Assembly: GCA_025056565.1 (NCBI GenBank)
Contig: JANWWA010000001.1
Span: 157,966-221,965 of the forward strand
Source of the DNA: Chloroherpetonaceae bacterium
GTDB lineage: Bacteria; Bacteroidota; Chlorobiia; Chlorobiales; Thermochlorobacteraceae
DNA length: 64,000 nt
Direction of reading: 5' to 3'
Every line of letters starts with the position of its first letter. Positions within the stretch are counted from its first letter, which is position 1. Both the position numbers and the translations under genes were made by a program. Of this stretch, positions 38,278 to 49,085 are shown in pieces. The notes below the pieces were generated by a model, which worked only from the letters and a program-made list of their open reading frames with translations, ran no database searches and was not told where the DNA came from.

Positions 38278-38284
38278 GCTAAGC

Positions 38285-38770
38285 TTACTGTCCATTCTGG
38301 AATGCTGCAATTTCGCCCGGCTTGCGCAGCATCTTATTAACCTCCATGATGTGTAGCTCTTCGTCGTGAATCATTTGGCGAGCATATTCTTCCAGCACGA
38401 TAGACCTCCCCTCTACCAGAGAGAGTAGCTCACGGTAGGCTGCCAGCCCTGTCATTTCGTGCTCGAGTGACTCACGCAGAATTGCTCCAATGTCATGGTT
38501 GTGCGTCTCTAAGAGTGGACCGATTGCCAAAGAGGGATGTTCACCCAAGCCTGTAATTAGTTCGCCAGCTTGCTGTGCATGCGCTAGCGATTCACTGGCT
38601 TGGTTGCGTAGCCAAGAGACAATTGGAATGCGATTGTAGCCATAAATCATCAGCGAATAGTGCGTGTAGCGCACGACGCCTGCCAGCTCGGTCTCCAAAA
38701 TTTTGTTCAGCACAGCGGCTACAGCTTTTTTATCAATTTTCTCCTCAAGAACGGTTGTGGTAATCGACAT
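38285..38770 (-). CDS. ferritin-like (bacterioferritin/Dps-like) protein
   Basis: 161 aa four-helix-bundle pattern with di-iron-type residues (LETELAG...YTHY...; ESLEHEMTG; DEELH). Confidence 0.6.
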   Translation of the reverse strand: MSITTTVLEEKIDKKAVAAVLNKILETELAGVVRYTHYSLMIYGYNRIPIVSWLRNQASESLAHAQQAGELITGLGEHPSLAIGPLLETHNHDIGAILRESLEHEMTGLAAYRELLSLVEGRSIVLEEYARQMIHDEELHIMEVNKMLRKPGEIAAFQNGQ

Positions 38771-38830
38771 AGCTGCAGTTGGTTTAAGCGTTAGAGAAAA
38801 TTATTTTGGCAAAAATTTATGTAAAGGTAA

Positions 38831-39352
38831 GTGATGTGGAGCTTGCTTTTTGCGATAAGTTTTTTCAGCCAATTTAGACCGAATCTACCTGAGCAGAGTT
38901 CGACGCAGTGGCAAGCTTTTCCAAAGCCACGCATTGTGATTAAAAAGAGCGACTATAAGCTCTATCTCTATTGCGGAGATGTGCTTGAAAAAGTCTACCC
39001 TATTGCAGTTGGGAAGAATAAGGGCGACAAGGAAGCAGAGGGCGATATGCGCACACCTGAGGGCTACTTTTACATTTCCCAGATTCAGAACTCGGAGAAG
39101 TGGACGCACGATTTCAAAGATGGCAAAGGAGAAATTGCTGGCGCATACGGACCGTGGTTCTTGCGACTGCATACCTCTAAAGAACGCACGAAGTCTGGCA
39201 AAGCGTGGCGAGGCATTGGCATACACGGCACGCACGATGAAAGTTCAATCGGAACTGCTGCAACTGAGGGGTGTATTCGGCTGCGCAATAGCGACCTTCT
39301 TGACTTGAAATCGCGTATTCGAATTGGCACTGAGGTCAGAATTGTGGAGTAG
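38831..39352 (+). CDS. L,D-transpeptidase (YkuD) family protein
   Basis: GIGIHGTHDESSIGTAATEGCIRL contains the His/Cys catalytic motif. Confidence 0.8.
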   Translation: MMWSLLFAISFFSQFRPNLPEQSSTQWQAFPKPRIVIKKSDYKLYLYCGDVLEKVYPIAVGKNKGDKEAEGDMRTPEGYFYISQIQNSEKWTHDFKDGKGEIAGAYGPWFLRLHTSKERTKSGKAWRGIGIHGTHDESSIGTAATEGCIRLRNSDLLDLKSRIRIGTEVRIVE

Positions 39353-39409
39353 AAACCTTGATGCAAAAATGCCGCATAATAATCCAGTAACCTAACACCG
39401 CAATGCAGT

Positions 39410-39880
39410 ATGAAAGCGATTATCCTCTATGACGCACTGACCACAGGCGGTTCTACAGACCGCATTATTGACACGATTGGGCAGACTCTGGTAGAGAAAG
39501 GTGTCTATGTTGAGAAAGCAAAAACGCCACCTCGCGCCGACTACAGCTTTCTGGAAGAATTTGACCTCATCATTCTTGGCACACCGATTTACAACCTTGC
39601 GATGTCTCCCAACTTTGTTGGCGCGCTCAATCAGAGCAATCTTCTGGAGAGCATTAAGAAAAAGCTGGTTGCATTCTTTATGGTGTTCGGTGGCCCAGAA
39701 CTGACCGCACAATTTCTTTATCGTCCGCAACTTAGCCTAAGGCTACTTAATCATAATGTTATTGCCGATAAGCTCTTCGGCCTGACCGAAAAAAACAATC
39801 CTCAAGCGCCAATTGACTTTGCTAATGAAATTTATGAGAAAGCTATGCAGCGCTTGGAGAAAGCTGGGGCAGCGTCTTGA
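39410..39880 (+). CDS. flavodoxin-like protein
   Basis: MKAIILYDALTTGGSTDRI...FDLIILGTPIY matches a flavodoxin-fold FMN loop pattern. Confidence 0.5.
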   Translation: MKAIILYDALTTGGSTDRIIDTIGQTLVEKGVYVEKAKTPPRADYSFLEEFDLIILGTPIYNLAMSPNFVGALNQSNLLESIKKKLVAFFMVFGGPELTAQFLYRPQLSLRLLNHNVIADKLFGLTEKNNPQAPIDFANEIYEKAMQRLEKAGAAS

Positions 39881-39929
39881 CCTGATTATACACGGCGTTC
39901 TGTGAATACCTTGAAACCGTGCAAGCTGT

Positions 39930-40601
39930 TCACACAGTCAGCGTGTAGAAGAAATTCAGCAGCAAGATATGCTCCATACGCACGGGCTGCGGAGACATGC
40001 GGTTGATGATGCGATTTTGATACAGCACATCAATGACAATTCCGGGCTGTCGGTAGCGCACCCCAGTCTGAAATCGATTTTGATTCCAGACTGGGGCTTC
40101 CAGCGTAAAAAACCATTCGTTATTGATGAGCCACGAGAAATTCCCAGCAATCGGGATTGCCAGCTCGGGACGGATACGAAATCGCCACGACCGAATGACC
40201 TCAAAGAACGGGTCTTGCAAAGCATGCCACGCAAGGCTTTCTGCACGCAAGCGGAGCACCGCAGGCATCTCACCAATTTTGAAATCGTGCCACAGCTGAA
40301 AGGAAAAAATGTCCAGAATGCGGTTGTTGATAGGCGTAAGGAAAATATAGCCTGCTCCTACTGAGCTTGACGGCACGAAGCGATAGAGCCCATACAGCAA
40401 GAACACCACGGTTTGAAACTGAGACAAATTTTGCACCATTCGGTTTTGCACAAACACCTGTGCCGACCAAGGCGACTCTCCAAATCGCACTGTCAGCATC
40501 GCACCTGACCAGCTTACCAAATCGTGCTCAATGGTTTGCGGACGCGCTACTTGATGCAACGAGCAAAAGATGAAGCACAAGACCCAAAATTGTTTCTGCA
40601 T
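39930..40601 (-). CDS. DUF2490-like outer-membrane protein
   Basis: Signal peptide, beta-rich and aromatic-rich sequence, and a size and pattern that recall DUF2490. Tentative. Confidence 0.45.
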   Translation of the reverse strand: MQKQFWVLCFIFCSLHQVARPQTIEHDLVSWSGAMLTVRFGESPWSAQVFVQNRMVQNLSQFQTVVFLLYGLYRFVPSSSVGAGYIFLTPINNRILDIFSFQLWHDFKIGEMPAVLRLRAESLAWHALQDPFFEVIRSWRFRIRPELAIPIAGNFSWLINNEWFFTLEAPVWNQNRFQTGVRYRQPGIVIDVLYQNRIINRMSPQPVRMEHILLLNFFYTLTV

Positions 40602-40674
40602 TGTTTAAGGCAAAAATGTTCGCAACTTTGTTTGTCTCAAACGTCTGGATTTCTCCTCGAAAACGCAAGCCAAC

Positions 40675-41307
40675 ATGACGCTTACGACTCGCATTACGCT
40701 ACTTATAGCCGCTGTTGCCTTTGCAGCACTCGCTATTGCTGGTGCCGTCTATGTGGTGTTCGTTAAGGTTCCCACGGACCTTGCTGAGAAAGTTGCTAGT
40801 AGTGTGCGCCACACTTTGCACTTTACGCCCGAAGTGCGACTCAATGAAACCATCGTCGTGCAGCAATCGACCCCGATTCTTGAGCTAGCAACTGTCTCTA
40901 AGGAGATTTTAGTAGAAGATGCATACACCCACACCTTTCTTGGTAGCACGAAAACACTGGTCGTGCGTGGCACTTTTGTTGCAAAAGCAGGCTTTGACCT
41001 TAGAGAAAAATTTTTACTGACTGTCAAAACCAACCCAACCAAACTCATTGCAGAACTGCCTGCTCCTAAACTTCTCTCCATAGAGATGACGCGCTACGAC
41101 ATTGTGCAAGAGGAAAGCGGCTGGTGGAATCGCCTCACCAGCGAAGAGCGTGAAGCGGCAGTCCAACGGCTGCGCCAGAAAGCCGAGCAGCATTTACTTG
41201 TCTCGAGCCTCCTAAACGATGCAGAAACTTTGATGCGAAAACAGTTGGAAGCAGCTCTTTACGTGCACCACACTCCGCTCGACATCTCGATTCGCAGAAA
41301 GCCATAG
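40675..41307 (+). CDS. DUF4230-like membrane-anchored protein
   Basis: N-terminal TM, then the block VVRGTFVAKAGFDL that recalls DUF4230. Tentative. Confidence 0.45.
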   Translation: MTLTTRITLLIAAVAFAALAIAGAVYVVFVKVPTDLAEKVASSVRHTLHFTPEVRLNETIVVQQSTPILELATVSKEILVEDAYTHTFLGSTKTLVVRGTFVAKAGFDLREKFLLTVKTNPTKLIAELPAPKLLSIEMTRYDIVQEESGWWNRLTSEEREAAVQRLRQKAEQHLLVSSLLNDAETLMRKQLEAALYVHHTPLDISIRRKP

Positions 41308-41388
41308 CGATTCAGTTCCTTAGCGCACATCACAGCAAGCACTTACGCTGCCTTGCTCACGATGGGTAGATTATGTAGCTTTAATCTG

Positions 41389-41784
41389 ATGACAAGAGCT
41401 GAAGTCCTCACAGAACTGGCGCGCTTTAAGCAAGAGCGTATCCGTGGCTTGCTTATTGAAATTGAACTTGAAGAAAAGGTTGACCTCTACGAGACCTTGC
41501 GCGCGTTGGTGCAAGAAACGCTTGCTGAGCATCGCTCGCCTTTTATTGAGAGCTTAGACTGGGAAGTTGGCGACAGTCGCTTCAAGCCTGATTTTCTTGT
41601 GCACCTTTTTCACGATGAGCTGCATGAAAAGCATCTCGGCAGCGGTGATGTGAGCGACCTTGCCAAGTGGCACACCGATTCTGAACTGCAGGAACTTCTT
41701 CGTGTGATGAACGCCTTGCTTCTGAAAATCGCTGCTTTGCCTATTAGCGGAATGACCCTTAACCCAACTCCTTGCAAAAAATGA
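41389..41784 (+). CDS. hypothetical protein (start uncertain: 41353 TTG, 41362 or 41389 ATG)
   Basis: ORF only, with a helical acidic sequence. The stop overlaps the next gene's ATG (ATGA at 41781-41784). Confidence 0.35.
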   Translation: MTRAEVLTELARFKQERIRGLLIEIELEEKVDLYETLRALVQETLAEHRSPFIESLDWEVGDSRFKPDFLVHLFHDELHEKHLGSGDVSDLAKWHTDSELQELLRVMNALLLKIAALPISGMTLNPTPCKK

Positions 41785-42581
41785 TGCGTTTTTGCTTGAC
41801 CCTCTTCGTTTATTTGATTGCCACCACGCTTTATGCCCACGAGTTTTGGCTCCGCCCTGCCAAGTTTCGTCTAAAACAAGGTGAGCGCACCACGCTTTCG
41901 CTACTAGTTGGCGAAAACTTTACAGGGGAAGCATGGAAATTTGGACAAAGCACGGCAATTGCATTTCTCCAGTGCCACCGCTCTGCTACAGAGACTCTAG
42001 TGCCTGTTATTAAAGATGGTGTTGCGGCACCGATTGAGCTTTCATTCAAGTATGACGGCACTTACCTCATTGGGCTTCATACTTCGCCAAAATTCATTGA
42101 GTTAGATGCCGAGAAATTTGCCGCATACCTCAAGGAAGAAGGGCTAACAGATATACTTGCACTGCGCAGCCAAAAAGGCGACGTCAAAAAGCCTGCGCGG
42201 GAGCTATATCGTCGATGCGCCAAAACGCTTATTCAGGTCGGACACCTCTCAGATGAGACAGCGTCAAAAGAGTTAGGCTTTCCACTTGAAATCATTCCTG
42301 AACATAATCCATATCTGCTCCAAGCTGGCGACGCAATGCGGTTTCGGGTTGTCTTCAATGCCAAGCCTCTTTCACGGGCACAAATTAAGGTCTGGCACAG
42401 ACGTGGCAGCAAGGTTACAACGACTACACTTCACACTGACGAACTGGGCTTTGCTTCGTTTGCGATTGTGCCAGATGGTGAGTGGATGATTAGCTTAGTC
42501 AAGATGATTGAAGCAACCGATACTGCCAAAGCAGACTACGAAAGTTTCTGGGCATCACTTACCTTTGGATATGACCGCTAA
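41781..42581 (+). CDS. DUF4198 domain periplasmic protein (metal-uptake-associated family)
   Basis: A signal peptide followed by AHEFWLRP...G.....L..GENF is the DUF4198 N-terminal signature. Confidence 0.65.
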   Translation: MMRFCLTLFVYLIATTLYAHEFWLRPAKFRLKQGERTTLSLLVGENFTGEAWKFGQSTAIAFLQCHRSATETLVPVIKDGVAAPIELSFKYDGTYLIGLHTSPKFIELDAEKFAAYLKEEGLTDILALRSQKGDVKKPARELYRRCAKTLIQVGHLSDETASKELGFPLEIIPEHNPYLLQAGDAMRFRVVFNAKPLSRAQIKVWHRRGSKVTTTTLHTDELGFASFAIVPDGEWMISLVKMIEATDTAKADYESFWASLTFGYDR

Positions 42582-42595
42582 CACACGCAAACACT

Positions 42596-42913
42596 ATGGC
42601 AGAACCCAATCTTCCAATTGAGATTGAAAAAGAGCTTCAGCGTCTGTTTAATGCGATTGACGCACTGGGCTTGGACGACGTGGAAATCGAGCTTGCTGAT
42701 GGAAAGCTGGTGATTGAATTTGAAGATGGCACGAAGTTTATTGTCAACCGACAGAGCGCGACCAATCAAATTTGGCTCGCAGAGCCGCAAGGTGGCTGGC
42801 GCTTTGACTGGAAAGATGGCAGGTGGCTTGATGACAAACGCGGCATTGAGCTATCCGCTGCCCTCGCTGACCTCATGCAAGCCAAGCTGGGACAGCCTAT
42901 TTCTCTTAAATAA
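42596..42913 (+). CDS. cyaY: frataxin-like iron donor protein CyaY
   Basis: 105 aa with DVEIELADGKLVIEFEDGTKFIVNRQSATNQIWLAEPQGGWRFDW. Confidence 0.85.
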   Translation: MAEPNLPIEIEKELQRLFNAIDALGLDDVEIELADGKLVIEFEDGTKFIVNRQSATNQIWLAEPQGGWRFDWKDGRWLDDKRGIELSAALADLMQAKLGQPISLK

Positions 42914-42930
42914 CTAAACTGTAATGAAAA

Positions 42931-43524
42931 ATGGAAAATCTTGTGCAGGTGCTACTGTCGCAATTTGGTAGCGAGGCGATTGAGCAAGTGAGCCAGAAAA
43001 TCGGTGCGGAGCGCAGCACTACTGAGCAGGCTCTTCAGGCAGCCGTGCCACTACTCATTTCTGCACTTTCGCAGAATGCGTCCCAGCCTGATGGTGCTGA
43101 GGCTTTGGCGCAAGCCCTGCAGCGCGACCACAGTGGCTCAATACTGGACAATGTGATGGATTTTCTGCAGAATCCACAGACAGCAAACGGTGCAGGCATT
43201 TTACGCCATCTGCTTGGTAGCCAGCGCGCGCCGATTGAGCAGGCACTGGCTGAGCGCTTTGGTCTCAGCACTGGGCAAATTGGGCATCTGCTGGAGATAC
43301 TCTCCCCGCTGGTTATGGGCGCACTGGGCAAGCTATGTGCTGCCAAGCATCTGGACGCTGGTGGATTGTCGCAATTTCTGGGTCAGCAGCGCCAGCAAAT
43401 TGCCGCTCAAGCTCCTGACCTGATGAGCCTTGCAACGCGCTTTTTAGACCGCAATGCGGACGGCTCCATTATGGACGATGCAGCTAACCTTCTCAGCGGT
43501 TTCCTTAACCGGCGTAAGCAGTAG
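42931..43524 (+). CDS. DUF937 domain protein
   Basis: A repeated pattern of Gln/Ala-rich helices and GAGILRHLLG, as in DUF937. Confidence 0.6.
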   Translation: MENLVQVLLSQFGSEAIEQVSQKIGAERSTTEQALQAAVPLLISALSQNASQPDGAEALAQALQRDHSGSILDNVMDFLQNPQTANGAGILRHLLGSQRAPIEQALAERFGLSTGQIGHLLEILSPLVMGALGKLCAAKHLDAGGLSQFLGQQRQQIAAQAPDLMSLATRFLDRNADGSIMDDAANLLSGFLNRRKQ

Positions 43525-43527
43525 AGC

Positions 43528-44406
43528 GTGGGCGAAAGAATTTACGACACACTGACGCATCTACTTTCGGAGCGATTCCAGACCACAGTGAAAGTATTAG
43601 CCCGTCGCCCTGTATCAGGGGGCTGCATTCACAACGCCGAGTATGTTAAGACAAATGTCGGTGAGTTTTTCTTCAAGCATAATGCACGCTCGCATTACGA
43701 GAACTTCCAAGCGGAAGCTGATGGGCTAAGGCAGCTGCAAAGCACGAACACCCTTGCTGTACCCACTGTGCATCTTGTTGCTGCGACTGAACACGATGCG
43801 CTTCTGGTCTTGGAGTATATCGTGCAAGGCGTGCCTTCAGCGAAGTTCTGGGAAACATTTGGAGAGCAACTGGCGGCCTTGCATCGACATACGCAAATGA
43901 CATTCGGGTATGTGCGTGATAACTTTATTGGTGCGTTGCCGCAGCGCAATCGTCCACACTCGAGCTGGGTGGAGTTTTTCATCTGTGAGCGACTGCAGCC
44001 TATGGTGGAGCGTGCAGTTGCCGCTGGACAAATGACTACGAATGCTGTCCAACGGTTTGAATCCCTTTATCCAAAGCTGCCAAGCATCTTCCCATCCGAG
44101 CCGCCAGCCCTTCTTCATGGTGACCTTTGGAGTGGCAATTTTCTTTGCAACGCTCAGGGCAATCCAGTCGTCTTCGACCCAGCCGTTTACTTCGGGCATC
44201 GTGAAGCGGAGCTGGCTTTTATGCACCTTTTTGGCGGCTTCGACCAGCGGCTCTTTGATGCCTACCACTGCACCTTTCCCTTAGCCCCGAATTGGCGTGC
44301 ACGCATTGACCTCTACAACCTCTACCCACTACTGGTGCATCTAAATTTGTTTGGTCGCAGTTACTGGTCCGCTATTGACACCACGCTGCGCCGATACGGT
44401 GCTTAA
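43528..44406 (+). CDS. fructosamine/ketosamine kinase family protein
   Basis: GTG start. Blocks GGCIHNAEYVKT, FFKHN, LLHGDLWSGNF, DPAVYFGHREAELA and LNLFG. Confidence 0.8.
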   Translation: MGERIYDTLTHLLSERFQTTVKVLARRPVSGGCIHNAEYVKTNVGEFFFKHNARSHYENFQAEADGLRQLQSTNTLAVPTVHLVAATEHDALLVLEYIVQGVPSAKFWETFGEQLAALHRHTQMTFGYVRDNFIGALPQRNRPHSSWVEFFICERLQPMVERAVAAGQMTTNAVQRFESLYPKLPSIFPSEPPALLHGDLWSGNFLCNAQGNPVVFDPAVYFGHREAELAFMHLFGGFDQRLFDAYHCTFPLAPNWRARIDLYNLYPLLVHLNLFGRSYWSAIDTTLRRYGA

Positions 44407-45783
44407 TGTGCTGGCTGCAAGCCTTACTTTGGCGTCTAACTTTTCCGCCACGGCTTTTCCAGAAAGTGCTGCCCCTTCCATTGAGGCTAAATACTTCTGA
44501 TAGGTGTAATCACCGCAGAGATAGAAATTTTCAATCGGCGAGAGCTGGTCGGGGCGGTAGCGGTCGACGCCAGGCACTGCTTTGTAGACCGATTCAGGAA
44601 TTTTGACCACTGTTGCTTTCAGCAGTTTTGCAGTTCGTGCCACTGGAAAGAGTGTTTTCAATTCCTCTAAGACGCGTGCGACAATCACATCATTAGGCAA
44701 TTGCATTAAGTGATGTGCAGGGGCTAACACCAAGCTAAGCACACTTCCCCCTACTGCACTGCCTTGCCCAGCCTGAAAATCCTCGGGGCAGGTGATTGAG
44801 ACATCGGCAAAGGTGGTAAAGGTGGTGCCGTGTGCGAACATCAGGTTATTGGTGTCGGTGATTTTTCGGTCGAACCACATCTGGCAATTTGCCACTGGGC
44901 TGCCTACAAAGTGATAGAGATTGTAGAAGTAATCATATTGCAGCCATGCCTTAGGAATGAGCTTTTTGAGACTATGCACGGGCAGGGCTGAAATGTATGC
45001 ATCGGCTTCCACGAAGCGACTGTCGCTCAGCACAGCACTTTGCACAGCAAGCTTACTATCTAGCACGAATTCTTTGAGGCGCGAACCTACAAAAATTTTG
45101 CCCCCTTTCTCTTCAATGTAGCGCCGCATGGGTTCAATCATACTTGCGCCCGGATTTGCCTTAAAGAAGCCGAACCGTGCGTCTTCGTAGTTGCGACCAA
45201 AGTAGTTGAAGATGGTTACCATTGGTCGCGCCGATATCACATTTGGCTCAATGAAGTTGAGAGCCAGCGAAATCGGTCGCCAGAGCCGTTGCAGAGAATG
45301 CTCTGTGCAGCCGTGCCGTGCATGCCAGTCTGAGTAAGTGAGGGAGTCTTGTGCACGAAAATACTCTTCATTGCCGAAGAGCAATAAGGGTAACAGTCCA
45401 CGCACCAGCGAAAGTTTATCTTGCCAGTTAATTACATTGGTCTTCAAGCCGCCAAGCAGCTCTGCGAGAGGACTGGGCCAGCCTTTGGCTTTTTCAAAGC
45501 GGGTCTGCCGTCCATCTTTTTCGGCAAAAATGAGCGCAAGGTCTTTCCACTCAAAATTGTTTTCTGCACCAATCTTTTTCAGCACCGATTGCAGTTCCTT
45601 ATAGCCTCCGAACAGCACATGCAGACCTGACTCAATCGTGTCACCATCTTGGTCTTTCCAAACAGAGACCTTACCGCCTAGCACCGCACGTTTTTCATAT
45701 AGTTCTACCTCGTAGCCTTTATCAAGCAAGTGTATGGCAGCGGTTAGCCCTGCAATGCCACCCCCGAAAATGGCAATCTTCAT
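44341..45783 (-). CDS. plant/cyanobacterial-type carotene desaturase (CrtP/CrtQ, PDS/ZDS family) FAD oxidoreductase
   Basis: MKIAIFGGGIAGLTAA...LGGKVSVWKDQDGDTIESGLHVLFG. The C-terminus is LCGDYTYQKYLASMEGAALSG. I prefer the ATG at 45783 over 45903. The 3' end overlaps the convergent kinase gene. Confidence 0.75.
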   Translation of the reverse strand: MKIAIFGGGIAGLTAAIHLLDKGYEVELYEKRAVLGGKVSVWKDQDGDTIESGLHVLFGGYKELQSVLKKIGAENNFEWKDLALIFAEKDGRQTRFEKAKGWPSPLAELLGGLKTNVINWQDKLSLVRGLLPLLLFGNEEYFRAQDSLTYSDWHARHGCTEHSLQRLWRPISLALNFIEPNVISARPMVTIFNYFGRNYEDARFGFFKANPGASMIEPMRRYIEEKGGKIFVGSRLKEFVLDSKLAVQSAVLSDSRFVEADAYISALPVHSLKKLIPKAWLQYDYFYNLYHFVGSPVANCQMWFDRKITDTNNLMFAHGTTFTTFADVSITCPEDFQAGQGSAVGGSVLSLVLAPAHHLMQLPNDVIVARVLEELKTLFPVARTAKLLKATVVKIPESVYKAVPGVDRYRPDQLSPIENFYLCGDYTYQKYLASMEGAALSGKAVAEKLDAKVRLAASTLSTVSAQRGVNSGPVTATKQI

Positions 45784-45934
45784 TAGAAGCGTCTTTTTTT
45801 CAGGAGAAAACAACTTTTTGCTCTGATGGTTTCCCACTTTGTTCAATGTGGGTGAAGGCAAGCAGTTTATTTGCTTCGCACTATATTGCAGCAAACTGTA
45901 CATACTTGAAAATTAGATTCAAATCACGCACAAT

Positions 45935-46408
45935 ATGTCACAACATCACAGTCACACGGCGCATTCTACTCAAAAACCGAAGGTTAAAGCATTTGAGCTG
46001 ACCCTACCGATTGAAATTATGCCTCACGATATCGACTATGCTGGTGTCGTGAGCAACATCACCTATGTGCGCTGGCTGGAGATGCTTCGTGTCAAGATGA
46101 TTCAAGCTTACCTTTCAGTCGAGGAGCAATTGAAGATGGGAATTTCTCCCGTGTTGCTAAAAACTGAAATTCACTACAAGAAAGCCGTTAAGTTTTTGGA
46201 TAAGTTAGTTGGCAGGATGTGGATTAGCCACGCTACCCCTTTGCGATGGACTGCTTCAGCAGAATTTTTGGTAGAGGGCAAGCCCGTTGCGCAAGCTGAG
46301 CAGTTGGGTATCTTTGTCAACCTCTCCACGATGCGCCCTGTGCCCATTCCAGAGGAACTGATGCGCATTTACCACGAAGCTGAGAAGAAAGCTCGCCATC
46401 ATCACTAA
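45935..46408 (+). CDS. acyl-CoA thioesterase (4HBT/YbgC-like hotdog fold)
   Basis: 157 aa. IEIMPHDIDYAGVVSNITYVRWLE is typical of the 4HBT family. Confidence 0.7.
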   Translation: MSQHHSHTAHSTQKPKVKAFELTLPIEIMPHDIDYAGVVSNITYVRWLEMLRVKMIQAYLSVEEQLKMGISPVLLKTEIHYKKAVKFLDKLVGRMWISHATPLRWTASAEFLVEGKPVAQAEQLGIFVNLSTMRPVPIPEELMRIYHEAEKKARHHH

Positions 46409-46539
46409 TCGCGCCAACAAGGGTGTGGGAACACGGCGCGCTGCATCAGTTCATCGGCGATTTCTGAACTTGCACTGCCATGACTCTTTGCTTACATCAG
46501 GGGACTTGGCAATGTGTGGGCACTTTACTCAAGCTCGGG

Positions 46540-48504
<1,965 letters not shown>

Positions 48505-48617
48505 TTAGTTTATACAAATTGCTTGAGCCGTAAATATACGCAAAAATGCGGCTTTGCAGAGCCTCAGGGCAATCAAGCTCGAAGTGCTTTTCGGCTAAAA
48601 CGTTGTGCTGCCAGCAC

Positions 48618-49037
48618 TTAGCTTTGCGCTGGCGGATTTGTGCGATAGGCTTTGCGGGCTACCGATGCCGAAATAATGCCTGCAAGTCCTCCTACGACAA
48701 TTGCGACGGCAATATCGTAGAGCAGTCGCACCACATAGCCACCGAAAAGCAAAAGTTGCAGCATATCTAGCGCCAAGCATGCCAGCAGTGAGGCTGTTAC
48801 ACTGATGCGAAAGGCTTCCCAGTAGCTTAGGAAAAGTTGATGCGTTTTGATGTAGTGAAATGTCGTCAATCCACCGCAGATGACCAGCCCAATCCCATAC
48901 CGATTTAGCTGATTGACAAATGGAATAATGCCGATGACAAAATAAACCAACGCTCCAAGAAACATTGAGCGCTTCGGGCTGGGCAACTCTGGCAGCGTTG
49001 GCGACTTGTGCTCACTTGTAAGTGCAGGTTCCGACAT
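48618..49037 (-). CDS. hypothetical small integral membrane protein
   Basis: Only the C-terminal 139 aa of the 275-aa track ORF are plausible, from ATG at 49037 (MSEPALTS...). This part has 4 hydrophobic segments. The remainder is antisense to the well-supported gene at 49086. Confidence 0.4.
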   Translation of the reverse strand: MSEPALTSEHKSPTLPELPSPKRSMFLGALVYFVIGIIPFVNQLNRYGIGLVICGGLTTFHYIKTHQLFLSYWEAFRISVTASLLACLALDMLQLLLFGGYVVRLLYDIAVAIVVGGLAGIISASVARKAYRTNPPAQS

Positions 49038-49085
49038 CTGAAACTTTGAGAAAACGTGTAACTTCCCATCAAACGACCGAAAGTT

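Noticed and set aside
37960-38340. 126-aa plus-strand ORF spanning the PstS-like gene's start region and the terminator hairpin
   Set aside because: It crosses a strong terminator hairpin and overlaps two minus-strand genes. Its sequence is Arg/Ala/Leu-rich with no motifs.
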